Below, in pieces: positions 54,181-64,000 of a DNA stretch of 64,000 nucleotides. The notes beneath the pieces are model-generated. The model saw only the letters and a list, made by a program, of their open reading frames with translations, was not told where the DNA came from and searched no databases. Location: positions 15,071-79,070 of the forward strand of contig JARLIM010000040.1 in the NCBI GenBank assembly GCA_031291725.1, in the 5' to 3' direction. Numbering within the stretch: position 1 is the first letter of the stretch; each line of letters opens with the position of its first letter. The DNA is from Acetobacteraceae bacterium (GTDB lineage: Bacteria > Pseudomonadota > Alphaproteobacteria > Acetobacterales > Acetobacteraceae). The position numbers and the translations under genes are program-made.

Positions 54181-54367
54181 GAGGGGGCGCAAGACAAAGG
54201 CTTTGCCGTCAACGGGCAAGCAGCTATGGCTGGGGGAGACCACAAGCTGTTGCAAGCGTTCGCCAGGCACGGCTTCGTTCTCATTCCGCGGGTGATGGTG
54301 CATGCGACGCTTAGGCCTTGTCCTCAAACCGATCGAGCCGTGCCAGATACCGGATCGCGGGTTGGAC

Positions 54368-55561
54368 ATGGTCAATCTGCTGCTCGCCGCGTCTGGATCG
54401 GCCTACGGCACCTTCATCCCTGTCTATCTGACGGCGCATGCATGGGGCCAAGCCCGCATTGGGGAGGTTCTCGCTTTTAACACCATCGCGGCGATGATCT
54501 GTCAGATTCCAGCCGGCCTACTGATCGATCTGGTCGGACCGCGTCGGCGTCTCGTGTTGAGCCTTGCGGTGCTGACGATGGGGGCAGCCCCGTTGCTGAT
54601 CGTTTTTGCGCCCAGTGCGATTCCGGTCGTCATTGCTCTGTTGTTGCAGGCGATGGCGAGCAGCCTGTTGACCCCGGCGGTGGCCGCAATCAGCCTGTCG
54701 CTGTGTGGCCGCACGTGGTTTTCAGAGCGGTTGGGGCGCAATGGCCGCTACGGGTCAATCGGTGCGGCTCTTGGCGCGTTGATCATGGGGACGTGCATCG
54801 AATTGGGCTGGCAGAACGCCAGCTTCATCATCGCCGGAGCGCTGACCGTGCCAACTTTGTGGGCCATCCGGATGATCGGGGCGGATCGGGTGCATCTGCT
54901 GCGTCACGGCATCGGCTCTCATCCGAACCACAAGCCGCCGCCGGGCCATCCTGGCTGGCGTGGATTGCTGCGGGAGCGGAGATTGCTGATCTTTGCAATG
55001 TGCGTTGCGTTCTTCTCGCTCGCCAGCGCCGGCCTGCTGCAAATCGCCGCTGTCGGCATCAATGCCAGGATGGGCGCGCGGTCCGGCCCGGTATTGGCGG
55101 CGATGGTGATTGTGCCGCAGCTTGTGGTGATCTGGATTTCCCCCGCCATCGCCCGTGCCGTGGAGATTTACGGTCGCCGCCCGTTGCTGCTGGCCGCCTT
55201 TGCCACGCTGCCGCTGCATGCCGGCCTGTTCGCGGTGATCCGCAACGGCTACGCGCTGATTCCAATTCAGACCCTGGAAGGCGCGGGCGGTGCGATCTAC
55301 GGCGTGTTGCTGTCGCTGGTGTCCGACGATCTGACACGTCGCACCGGGTATTATACGCTGTGTCTGAGCATGCTTGGGCTGGCTTCGGGCCTGGGGGCGG
55401 CGATGAGCAGCACGCTGGCGGGACGGGTGGCCGACGCCGCCGGACGCCCCGCTGCGTTTATCGCGTTGACGGTGTGTGGCGTGCTGGCCTTCGCGTTCGC
55501 GGCCTTGGCGATGCCGGAGACCAAGGTGCCGGAGGCCGCCATTCCAGCCGAGCCGCGATAG
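54368..55561 (+). CDS. MFS transporter
   Basis: About 12 hydrophobic helices. ATG at 54368 is chosen within ORF 54302..55561. Confidence 0.8.
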   Translation: MVNLLLAASGSAYGTFIPVYLTAHAWGQARIGEVLAFNTIAAMICQIPAGLLIDLVGPRRRLVLSLAVLTMGAAPLLIVFAPSAIPVVIALLLQAMASSLLTPAVAAISLSLCGRTWFSERLGRNGRYGSIGAALGALIMGTCIELGWQNASFIIAGALTVPTLWAIRMIGADRVHLLRHGIGSHPNHKPPPGHPGWRGLLRERRLLIFAMCVAFFSLASAGLLQIAAVGINARMGARSGPVLAAMVIVPQLVVIWISPAIARAVEIYGRRPLLLAAFATLPLHAGLFAVIRNGYALIPIQTLEGAGGAIYGVLLSLVSDDLTRRTGYYTLCLSMLGLASGLGAAMSSTLAGRVADAAGRPAAFIALTVCGVLAFAFAALAMPETKVPEAAIPAEPR

Positions 55562-55754
55562 AGATTCCCGCGACAGAGATTCTAGAGTACCCTGGCAGGC
55601 TGCTGAAAAACTCTGTCGGTCGGCGCGGCGGCCCTTTTCCGCGCCAGATTCGTTCAAGGCTTGCCACGATGCACACACATCGTGTCTTCGCCTTGGCCTT
55701 TCTGGCACGAAAAATGAGTCGCCGCCCCTCCGCGAACAGTTTTTCAGTAACCTG

Positions 55755-57896
55755 CTAGGGCAAGGGCCGGATGACGCCCACGGAACGGTCGAACGCGATC
55801 AGCTTTTGCGCGATACACCGGGCCTCGCGGTGCAGCGCAATGTCGGTCGCTCCGTCCGCCGCCCGCAGGCGCAGGGCGATGTCATGCATGCCCTGGTCGG
55901 TATGCACGTCCCGACCGTGATAGATCGGCGATTCTCCGCCCTGCCACGCCATGCGCGGGCTGCGCAGCAAGGTCCATTGCCAGAGTTGGGCATCCGCGCG
56001 CAGGCTGAACGCGTCCTGGCTCAGCATCGCCAACCCAACGCCGGGGAAGGCAAGCCGGCTCCAGCCCTGCACCGGAAATTCCGTCGCGGACAATGGCCGC
56101 GCGATCGCCCCACCCGGCACCGCATCGACCCGCGATTGCGGTGGATCGCGCAATGACAGCGCGAGTTGCAGCAATTTGTAACGCTCGTCGAAATTCACCT
56201 CGATGCGCAATGTCACTGCCGGGTCGAAGCGGTTCAGGCTGAGCGTCCAACGTAGGCGGGAGGTGCCGATGCGATGTTCCATCCGCACCCGTGCCCGCAA
56301 CGGTCCCGCCTCCTCGACAACCCACACGCCGCCGGTGAGCGTCTCGGCAATTGCCTCGCTCCAGGTGTCCGTGTCGAAACACCACGTATCGGTGTGGTCG
56401 TGCCGCAGATGCAGTGTCATGCCGGATGGCCCCAGCATCTCCTGCCCATCCACCGCCAGCGAGACCACGCCGGAGGGGCCGAGATCGAGCCGCAATCGGC
56501 TATTCTCCAACCGCGTCGGCGAAACGTGCAGATCGCTCGAAACCTCCAGCTTCGGGGCCGGACCGGGGCGGATCGTCACAGCGATGCCGCCCAGCGCCGG
56601 CACGTTCACCGGAAACAGCAATCGGGGAATGCGGTGCATGCCGTCTGGTTGCGTCTGCTGGAACGGGATCGGCGTGCCATCGGCGTCTGTCAGATAGCGA
56701 TTCTGCCACAGATCGTAATCGATCCAGGTTTCGCACTCTGCCATCCCATCAAACGCAGAATCGTCGGTGTTGACCAGAACAAGGCGCTGGCAGGCGCTGG
56801 CAGGCAATGTGCGTTCGGCCCAGCTGCGCGTGACGTCAAGGATCGTCTCCTCGGCCACCATCCGCGCCCGCCCCTGCATCGCCGATACACTTGCCCAGGC
56901 CGAGGGGGTGGAGGTGCCGGTGACGATGTCGTGAAAGCTGGTGAACAGCGCGTCATCCCAGGCGGTGTCGATCCTGGCCAGATGCGCCGAGGCGTCCGGA
57001 ACCAATGCCCGCGCGGCGCGTTCGGCCTGATCGAGCAGATGCTCGGCTTGCCGCTGCGCCCGCTTGATGCCGCCCATCGCCGAATAGCAACCAGGAAAAC
57101 AATGCTGCAATTCGCCCTCCACCACCGGCAGAATGTCGCGATGCGGCGCGATGGCGGCGAAGAATTCCACCGGTGAGGACAGGCGCAGTTCCAGCCCCGG
57201 CAAGGTGAAGCGGTTTGCCCGAATCCACTCGATCTGCGCCCGCGTCGGGCCGCCGCCGTGATTGCCAACGCCGTAGAAACACATCGTATGCCCGAGCGCC
57301 GGATCCGAGCGGGCAACGCCCATCGCGATATGCGCGCTGATATCGGCGTTGCTGAATGCGTAGCCGGGATAGACCCGAAACGCCGGAAGTTCCGCCCCGC
57401 CGGCACCACGCCAGAGAAAGGCCGAGTGCGGGAAATCGAACTGCCGAGGGTCTGGGCGGCCAAAGACATATGCGTCATAGCCGTGCTCAGCGAGAATATC
57501 CGGCAGGGACGCCGGGTGGCCGAAACTGTCGACATTGTAGCCGATGCGCGGCTGCGTGCCGAAACGGTCCTGGAAATAGCCTTGCCCATGGCGGATCTGA
57601 CGACGCAACGCCATCTCGGTCGGCAGGTTCAGATCTGGCTGTACATAGGTGCCGCCAACGATGCGCCACTGCCCCGCGGCGACATGGCGGCGAATGCGGG
57701 CGAACACATCCGGGCGGAGCCGTTCGGCCTGACGATAAAGCCACGCCTCGCCCCGTGTGTAGATGAAGTCGGGATATTCGTCGCAGCGATCCGCCGCCGC
57801 CGCCAGGGTGGACAGGGCCTCATCCACCCCGGCCTGCCAGCCCCAGAGCCAGACCGGATCAATGTGAGCATTGCCGATCATGTGCACGACAAGCAT
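55755..57896 (-). CDS. Glycoside hydrolase family 38 (alpha-mannosidase-like)
   Basis: MIGNAHIDPVWLW ... GGTYVQPDLNLP ... YNVDSFGHPASLPDIL. Confidence 0.8.
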   Translation of the reverse strand: MLVVHMIGNAHIDPVWLWGWQAGVDEALSTLAAAADRCDEYPDFIYTRGEAWLYRQAERLRPDVFARIRRHVAAGQWRIVGGTYVQPDLNLPTEMALRRQIRHGQGYFQDRFGTQPRIGYNVDSFGHPASLPDILAEHGYDAYVFGRPDPRQFDFPHSAFLWRGAGGAELPAFRVYPGYAFSNADISAHIAMGVARSDPALGHTMCFYGVGNHGGGPTRAQIEWIRANRFTLPGLELRLSSPVEFFAAIAPHRDILPVVEGELQHCFPGCYSAMGGIKRAQRQAEHLLDQAERAARALVPDASAHLARIDTAWDDALFTSFHDIVTGTSTPSAWASVSAMQGRARMVAEETILDVTRSWAERTLPASACQRLVLVNTDDSAFDGMAECETWIDYDLWQNRYLTDADGTPIPFQQTQPDGMHRIPRLLFPVNVPALGGIAVTIRPGPAPKLEVSSDLHVSPTRLENSRLRLDLGPSGVVSLAVDGQEMLGPSGMTLHLRHDHTDTWCFDTDTWSEAIAETLTGGVWVVEEAGPLRARVRMEHRIGTSRLRWTLSLNRFDPAVTLRIEVNFDERYKLLQLALSLRDPPQSRVDAVPGGAIARPLSATEFPVQGWSRLAFPGVGLAMLSQDAFSLRADAQLWQWTLLRSPRMAWQGGESPIYHGRDVHTDQGMHDIALRLRAADGATDIALHREARCIAQKLIAFDRSVGVIRPLP

Positions 57897-58007
57897 GGTC
57901 GCCTCCCCAGCTCCGATGACCGCCAGCAGCGCACCGGATGGCGTATACTGTCAATGTCGGCGTAGCATCCGTGCAGGCTACAACGCCTTCAAGAGGCCGC
58001 ACCGACG

Positions 58008-59822
58008 ATGCAAGATGCCGCACTGGCCTGCGAGATGACCGTCGAGGTTGATGCTGCCACCGGTTTGCGGCGTCAGACAACAAGGCTGCGCAACCGCAAC
58101 CGCCTTGGCGGGGCAGAGATCGCTCTCGATCATGCCGCCATCCCCTTGATGACGATTCCGGATGCCGTCGCGCAGGCGACCTATCTGACCGGCGATTGGG
58201 CGGCCGAGGCGCAAACCCGGACGCAGACAGGCGGCGCTTTGCATCTTGAAAGCCGAGCCGGCAAAACCGGCTTCACCTTCCAGCCCTGGCTGGCGCTGAG
58301 CTCCCCCACGACGACATGGATGTGCGAAATCCTGTGGTCCGGCAATTGGGTGCTGGACGCCCAAATCACCCCGGAAGGCGTGACGATCTCCGGCGGTCTG
58401 AACCCGTTTGGACTGCATCACAGATTGTTGCCCGGCGAAGCCCTGGCGCTGCCCGATATGCTGCTCGGCCGCATCGACGGCGATCTCAACACCGCCACAC
58501 AGTGCCTGCACGATTGGCTCCGTGCCCGCAGACCTGATCCAGACAGGCTGATCCCGGTGCAGTTCAATTCCTGGTATGTCTGCGGTGAGACACCGGAGGA
58601 GGCCAGGCTTGCTTCCTTGATTCCCTTGGCTGCCGAGCTTGGTTGCGAGGTGTTTGTGCTCGATGCCGGTTGGTTCGCCTCCAATGCGGGCGACCCCGAC
58701 GAGGATTGGTATCTGCGTGTTGGCGACTGGACGGTGGATCGCACGCGCCTGCCGAATGGTTTGGCGGCGCTGCGCGATTCCTGTGCCGCGCATGGGATGG
58801 GGTTTGGCATCTGGTGCGAGCCGGAATCGGTTGGCCCGCGCGCGGCCATTCGCGCCAACGCGACCTGGTTTCATCATCTCAACCACGCCCCACCACCCGA
58901 CGACGCCCGCGCGCAGCTTCATCTCGGTGTGCCGGAGGCTTGGGCGTGGGCGCGCGATATTCTGTTCGGTCTGATCCGCCACTCCGGCTCCAGCTGGCTG
59001 AAATGGGATTTCAATGCCGATCTCTTCGCCGGCGGCTGGGCCCCCGGACTGCCGGACAGCCTGACCAGGCAGGACCCGCTGAGTGCGCATGTCCGGGGGG
59101 TCTATCGTCTGCAGGATGCAATCCGCGCCGAATTTCCTGACCTTGTGCTGGAGATGTGCGCCAGCGGCGGCGGTCGGATGGATGGAGCCATCCTGGAGCG
59201 CGCGCACACCAACTGGATCTCCGACCAGCCGAAGGCCCTGGCCAAGCTGGCAATTCATTTCGGGATACAGCGCGTTCATCCCGCCCTGTGCTGCAACGAC
59301 TGGCTGATCGACTGGCCGCCGCGTGCCATCAAGGGGGTGGATGGCATCGACACGCGCGGCGATCTGCGATTCCGGTTGCATGTCGCCATGCTTGGCAGTT
59401 TCGGCCTCAGCGCCCCGATCGACGCCTGGCCCGAGCTGGACCGCGCCATCGTCGCCGCCGAAATCGCCTTATATCGCAACAGGCTGCGGCCACTGATCCA
59501 TCTTGGCAACCAATATCTCCTCACCGACCCGCCACCGCTGGACGGCGAGGGTGACTGGGCGGCGATGTGGTATGTGGCCAAGGACGGCACATCTGCCGCG
59601 TTGTTCGCCTTCCGGCTACGGGGTGCGGAGACACGCAGCTTTCCTGTGCCCGGCCTTGCGCAGGGCAGGCAGCGCCTGACCGGTGATGGTGCATCCCTCA
59701 CCCGTGCCGGACTCTGCGTCACGCTGGCGGAGAATTTCCGCTCCGCCTTGCTGATTGTGGATGTGGACCCAAGCCTCTCATCGGACAGAGGACATGGAGC
59801 GCATGGTTTCGACCTATCATGA
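58008..59822 (+). CDS. Glycoside hydrolase family 36 (alpha-galactosidase-like)
   Basis: FVLDAGWF, GIWCEPE, WLKWDFN and CASGGGRMD. Confidence 0.8.
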   Translation: MQDAALACEMTVEVDAATGLRRQTTRLRNRNRLGGAEIALDHAAIPLMTIPDAVAQATYLTGDWAAEAQTRTQTGGALHLESRAGKTGFTFQPWLALSSPTTTWMCEILWSGNWVLDAQITPEGVTISGGLNPFGLHHRLLPGEALALPDMLLGRIDGDLNTATQCLHDWLRARRPDPDRLIPVQFNSWYVCGETPEEARLASLIPLAAELGCEVFVLDAGWFASNAGDPDEDWYLRVGDWTVDRTRLPNGLAALRDSCAAHGMGFGIWCEPESVGPRAAIRANATWFHHLNHAPPPDDARAQLHLGVPEAWAWARDILFGLIRHSGSSWLKWDFNADLFAGGWAPGLPDSLTRQDPLSAHVRGVYRLQDAIRAEFPDLVLEMCASGGGRMDGAILERAHTNWISDQPKALAKLAIHFGIQRVHPALCCNDWLIDWPPRAIKGVDGIDTRGDLRFRLHVAMLGSFGLSAPIDAWPELDRAIVAAEIALYRNRLRPLIHLGNQYLLTDPPPLDGEGDWAAMWYVAKDGTSAALFAFRLRGAETRSFPVPGLAQGRQRLTGDGASLTRAGLCVTLAENFRSALLIVDVDPSLSSDRGHGAHGFDLS

Positions 59823-60174
59823 CGGCGAAAGCGACACGCGCCCTTGGGGGCATTGGGAGGTGCTGTCGTCGGCTTCGGATTATGTTGTCAAGCGCATCGT
59901 CATAAGACCAGGACAGCACATCTCGCTCCAGCGCCACGCTCACCGCTCCGAACATTGGGTTGTCATTGGCGGCATAGGGTTGATGACGCTTGGGACAGAA
60001 CACAGAACGATCCACACCGGCGAGCAGGCCTTGATTCACTGTGGGGAGCTGCACCGCATCGAGAACATTGGCGATGGTGATTTGGTCTTTATCGAGGTGC
60101 AACTCGGCACTTGGCTGAGTGAAGACGACATCGAGCGGCTCGCGGATGAATCAGGGCCGGTTGCGCCGCCGTAA
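59797..60174 (+). CDS. Cupin, mannose-6-phosphate isomerase type II C-terminal domain-like
   Basis: RPWGHWEVL...VKRIVIRPGQHISLQRHAHRSEHWVV...HRIENIGDGDLVFIEVQLGTWLSEDDIERL. Confidence 0.8.
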   Translation, partial: ERMVSTYHDGESDTRPWGHWEVLSSASDYVVKRIVIRPGQHISLQRHAHRSEHWVVIGGIGLMTLGTEHRTIHTGEQALIHCGELHRIENIGDGDLVFIEVQLGTWLSEDDIERLADESGPVAPP

Positions 60175-60240
60175 GCCGCTCCGGCGAGGCTGTGCCTGCC
60201 GTTGGTGATCGTGCCGCAGCCGATGGCGGCTGTCTGGCTG

Positions 60241-62553
60241 TCATCCCCGCGTGTGAGCTTGGTGGTTCTCATGAAGCCGCTGCGTCAGTTCTTCCGCCAG
60301 CCGTTGCACGACCGCCATCCACCCGCCATGCGCGCGCTGCCGGAACAGGCGCACGCTGGAGTACCACGGGCTGTCCTCTCGTTCGAGCAGCCAGCGCCAG
60401 TCAACGGCAAAAGGTAACAGTATCCAGCAAGGTTTGCCCATTGCGCCCGCCAGATGCGCCACGCTGGTGTCAACTGCGATCACGAGATCGACGGTGGCCA
60501 GCAGAGCCGCCGTCTCGCCGAAATCGTTCAAGTCGTCGCCGAAAAAGCGCAACTGAGGAAAGGCGGACATCGCTTGGCGGTCAGTTTCGCGAACCTCTTT
60601 CTGCAGGCAGACCCAGTCGGCGTTCAGCGATAACAATGGTGCCAGGGTGGAAAATGGCACGGAACGATTTCGGTCGTTCTTGTGGATCGTGCTTCCACTC
60701 CAAACCAAGCCGATACGCTGCCGCGTCTTGCGGCCAATCCGGGCCGACCATGCCGCCAGCTTCGTCGGGTCGGGGTGGATGTAGCCTTCGGCACTGGGGA
60801 TGGTTTGCAGAGTTGTTCCAAGGGCGAGCGGCAGGCTCATCAAGGGACAGTGAAAATCGAAATGCGGCAAAGGCTCTCCGTCACCGATCAGGACATCAAT
60901 GCCGGGCAGCGTGTCGAACACTGATGTCAAACTGGTCGGTACTTGGAGGATGATCCGGGCATCAAGGGCTGCGATCTGCGGGATAAAGCGGACGAGTTGG
61001 ATGCTATCACCCAGCCCCTGCTCGGCATGGAGGAGGATCGTCTTGCCTGCCAGAGACTGCCCGCCCAACCAAAGAGGACGATCGGAATACTTGCGCTCGG
61101 TTCCTTTCTGTCCTACTTTCCATCGCCACTCGTATAGCGGCCAGCCTTTCGGGTAATCGCCGTGGGCCAGCAGCAGCAACCCCTTGTTCCAGTTGGCGTT
61201 CGCGTGGTTCGGATGGAGTGTCAATGCGCGGTCAAAGCAGCCGCCGGCTTCGTCCAGGCGCTGCAAATCGAACAGCACCACACCCCGGTTACTGTGTGCG
61301 TCGGCAAGGTTCGGGTTGAGGGCCAGTGCCCGGTCACAGCTCGCCAGCGCCTCATCCAACCGCAGCAGGTTGCGCAGCACGTTGCCCCGGCTGCTATGGG
61401 CATTCGCGTGGTGGGGATTGAGTGCCAGCGCACGGTCACAACTCATCAATGCCTCGTCGTGACGCTGCATGTCGCACAGCACGTTGCCCCGGTTACAATG
61501 AGCGTCCGCGTGATTGGGATTGAGTGCCAGTGCGCGGTCGCAGCAGTTCAGGGCTTCGTCCAGAGACTGAAGGTCGCGCAGCACGGAGCCTCGGTTGACA
61601 TGCGCATCCTCGTGGTTCGGATCGAGCGCCAGCGCGCGATCGCAGCTCGCCAAAGCCTCGTCAAGACGTTGCAGATCCAACAGCACCACTCCTTGTGTGC
61701 TGTGGGCCGCGGCGGCGCTTGGGCTGATTGCGAGTGCCCGGCCACAACTGGCCAGAGCCTCCTCTGGGCGCTGTAGATCCCGCAGCACAATGCTGCGGTT
61801 GAGGTGACAATGTGGGTGGTTGGGATTGAGAGCCAGTGCCGCGTCATAACTGGCCAGCGCCTCGTCCAAACGCTGCATGCCTCGCAGCACGTTGCCCCGG
61901 TTGCTGTGCGCATCCGCGTGGTTGGGATTGAGTGCCAGCGCACGCTCATAACTGGCCAGCGCTTCGTCCGGGCGTTGCAACTCCAGAAGCACGTTGCCCC
62001 GGTTGCTGTGCGCATCCGCGTGGTGAGGATTGAGTGTCAGCGCACGTTCGTAGCTGGCCAGCGCCTCGTCCAGGCGCTGCAAATCCCGCAGCGCGGTGCC
62101 TCGGTTGATCTCGGCATTGAGCTGGTTGGGATCGATTGCCAGCGCGCGCTCGTAGCTGGCCAATGCTTCCTCCAGACGCCGCAAATTCCGCAGCACATTG
62201 CCGCGATTGATATGGGCGTGGGTGTGCATGGGATGAATGGCCAGCGCATGGTCACAGCTGGCCAAAGCCTCGTCAAAGCGTTGCAGAGCCCAGAGAATAT
62301 TGCCTTTGTTGCTGTGGGCATCGGCGTTGTTCGGGTTGATTCGCAGTGCCTCTGAAATAAGTATAAGTCCGTCAGCGTGTCGGCTTGACTGCATAAAGCA
62401 GACGCCGAGCAAATGAAGTGCGTCAAAATTCTCCGGTTCGCTTCGAAGAATTTCTATATAAATTGGTTGAGCTTGATCTATTTTCCCCATTTTGTGGAGG
62501 GTAATAGCTCTGTTCAAAAGATTTTTATCTTGGTTTTGTGTTTTGTTTATCAT
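60241..62553 (-). CDS. TPR-repeat protein with C-terminal GT9 (heptosyltransferase-like) glycosyltransferase domain
   Basis: About 13 TPR units, then [21 protein letters not shown]...[22 protein letters not shown]. Confidence 0.85.
   Translation of the reverse strand: [770 protein letters not shown]
61083..62493 (-). repeat. Tandem 102-nt (34-aa) TPR-coding repeats, unusually uniform
   Basis: Eleven consecutive units are close to [34 protein letters not shown]. Confidence 0.7.
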
Positions 62554-62726
62554 GATAATCCAATTGTTATTTTATGAAATTCTGACGCCATATTTGGTTT
62601 CGTCGGACGAGGTGGCTCCTATGACGCGCAGGCTCTCTTCGGTTGCGGTCGCGTCGCATCACGCTTGATGACAACCGGCCATTTGGAAAGGCTATACTGC
62701 CCCAAGGATATCAAAGCGGTGTGTCT

Positions 62727-63431
62727 ATGCGCCCATCTTACGGTCTGTTTGCCATCATTGTCGCGCTGGCCATGCCCACAATGCCAATTTGTGTTGCCCA
62801 GAGCCTTGAGAACGCTCAGATTTCCGGTGCTCTCCGACTCGCCGCTGAATGCGAGACGGGGGCTCACTGTGCTAGCGTGCTCAATCCGCCCGATGCAAGC
62901 CCTCCGCCGCCCGCGCCGCTTTCCAATGACTCCAACGGTGTTCTCGCGCAGCGTCCGAGCCAGGAGGAGGCAGCATGCTTCGAGACGGCAATAGAGAGCC
63001 CAGAGCCTTTCCTGGGCAGGTACCAGGAGGTGTTCCGCGTGTCGGACGGATCTTGGTGGGAGGTGGGGCGCGTCTACGAATATTTCGACGCACATCGGCC
63101 GAAGGTGTGGCTCTGCCCAGGTGAGCGGCACCTGCAACTGGGCGAGAAGATAATTCCCATTCGGCTGCTGGCTCCTGCGAGCACGGCGTTTGGCAGATTG
63201 CCGTCAAATATCTCTGCCAGTGTATCGTCCAGGATACGAGGTGAATTCACGGGGTGGACCGGCAATACAACATTTCAGCTGGAGAATGGCGAAATCTGGT
63301 CGCAAGCGGCCGCTGGTTCCTATTCTGCACGGTTGACCGCACCGTTGGTGGTGATTTTCCACGACGGCACGGGCTACAAAATGCAAGTCGAGGGCGCGAA
63401 TGGGAGCCTCGCCGTCACGCGGGTGCAGTAA
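62727..63431 (+). CDS. Hypothetical secreted protein
   Basis: Signal peptide MRPSYGLFAIIVALAMPTMPICVAQS. No recognised domain. Confidence 0.5.
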   Translation: MRPSYGLFAIIVALAMPTMPICVAQSLENAQISGALRLAAECETGAHCASVLNPPDASPPPPAPLSNDSNGVLAQRPSQEEAACFETAIESPEPFLGRYQEVFRVSDGSWWEVGRVYEYFDAHRPKVWLCPGERHLQLGEKIIPIRLLAPASTAFGRLPSNISASVSSRIRGEFTGWTGNTTFQLENGEIWSQAAAGSYSARLTAPLVVIFHDGTGYKMQVEGANGSLAVTRVQ

Positions 63432-63514
63432 GGGCACGATGCGCGCCTGCCTTTTTGCAAATCGCAATGAGATGACGCCACTCAATCTTTCCCGTTGGGG
63501 CGCTGGCAGAAGCG

Positions 63515-64000
63515 TTATGTGATCGTGGCGATGCCGGCGGCGAAGGACATGTGATTTTCCAACAAATTGGCTGCTGTCTGGGCGCTTCCCATACCCAGCA
63601 GCACCACGCCATGTTCGGGATCGGTCCGGCTGTAGATGGAAATCGCATGCACGCCGTTCACGGTGGTGTCCGAGGCCAGCAGGGTGTTGCTGGCGATACC
63701 CTCCAGATTGATTTGCAACGTATCCAAGCCGTATTGAAAATTGGCGATTGTTTCGATGCCGCTGGAGGGCACCAGATCATAGGCGATGACCGCCGCCCCA
63801 GAACCCAATGTGAGGCTGTCCGGCATGCCGATGAATGACAGGCTGGGCGCGCTGAGACCGGCGCTGACCGAGGCGAGGTTGCCTGCCATATCGATGGCAA
63901 GCGGAAAGCTTGCCCCCGTGAAGTTGAGCGTGTCACCGGTATCGGTGCCGATGACTGTGACAGGTGTGGGCGGCGGCGGTGTTTGGAGAGTAATGCCGGC
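63515..64000 (-). CDS. C-terminal end of a second large secreted repeat protein (5' part outside the window)
   Basis: The frame is open to nt 64000 (…TPPPPTPVTVIGTDTGDTLNFTGASFPLAIDMAGN…). The C-terminal domain has the same flavour as that of the 2182-aa protein. Confidence 0.6.
   Translation of the reverse strand, partial: AGITLQTPPPPTPVTVIGTDTGDTLNFTGASFPLAIDMAGNLASVSAGLSAPSLSFIGMPDSLTLGSGAAVIAYDLVPSSGIETIANFQYGLDTLQINLEGIASNTLLASDTTVNGVHAISIYSRTDPEHGVVLLGMGSAQTAANLLENHMSFAAGIATIT

Noticed and set aside
61083-62493. Regular ~102-nt periodic repeats as a CRISPR-like array
   Set aside because: The period is one TPR unit of a continuous 770-aa ORF. There is no repeat/spacer alternation and there are no cas genes.

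Overview
GC-rich bacterial chromosomal window, probably proteobacterial (inferred from gene content only). All homology calls come from reading motifs by eye; no searches were run.

(1) nt 1-25.5k is an integrative island of the pipolin type. One minus-strand operon encodes two unknown proteins, a family-B DNA polymerase (piPolB-like), a P4-like tyrosine integrase and an excisionase. It is followed by an orphan 480-aa gene, then a complete five-gene type I R-M operon (hsdM-hsdS-unknown 149 aa-hsdR-DUF45 metallopeptidase). After that comes a T5orf172/membrane-protein cluster, a patatin lipoprotein and a divergent UDG-like gene. Left of it is a 5'-truncated ATPase-Toprim (OLD/PARIS-like) gene. 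The island is punctuated by four same-orientation copies of a ~50-nt motif lying in gene-free gaps. The last two copies sit inside ~309-bp direct repeats that bracket a 7.1-kb cassette. This punctuated, cassette-like architecture is the most interesting unexplained signal.

(2) 26-34 kb is a second accessory patch: a PIN/HTH toxin-antitoxin pair, an FRG-domain protein, a DUF4160/DUF2442 pair, a 782-aa tyrosine recombinase and a class II Fic protein preceded by direct repeats.

(3) 34-46 kb holds five glycosyltransferase genes, a PEP-CTERM protein, an extremely AT-rich leader and a 2182-aa repetitive beta-helix-like surface protein. The C-terminus of a similar protein lies at the right window edge.

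(4) 46-63 kb is ordinary chromosome. It holds a Liv-type ABC transporter plus two enolase-superfamily enzymes plus LysR, an MFS transporter, GH38 and GH36 glycosidases, a cupin, and a TPR-GT9 protein with very uniform TPR repeats.

No rRNA, tRNA or CRISPR array was recognised.
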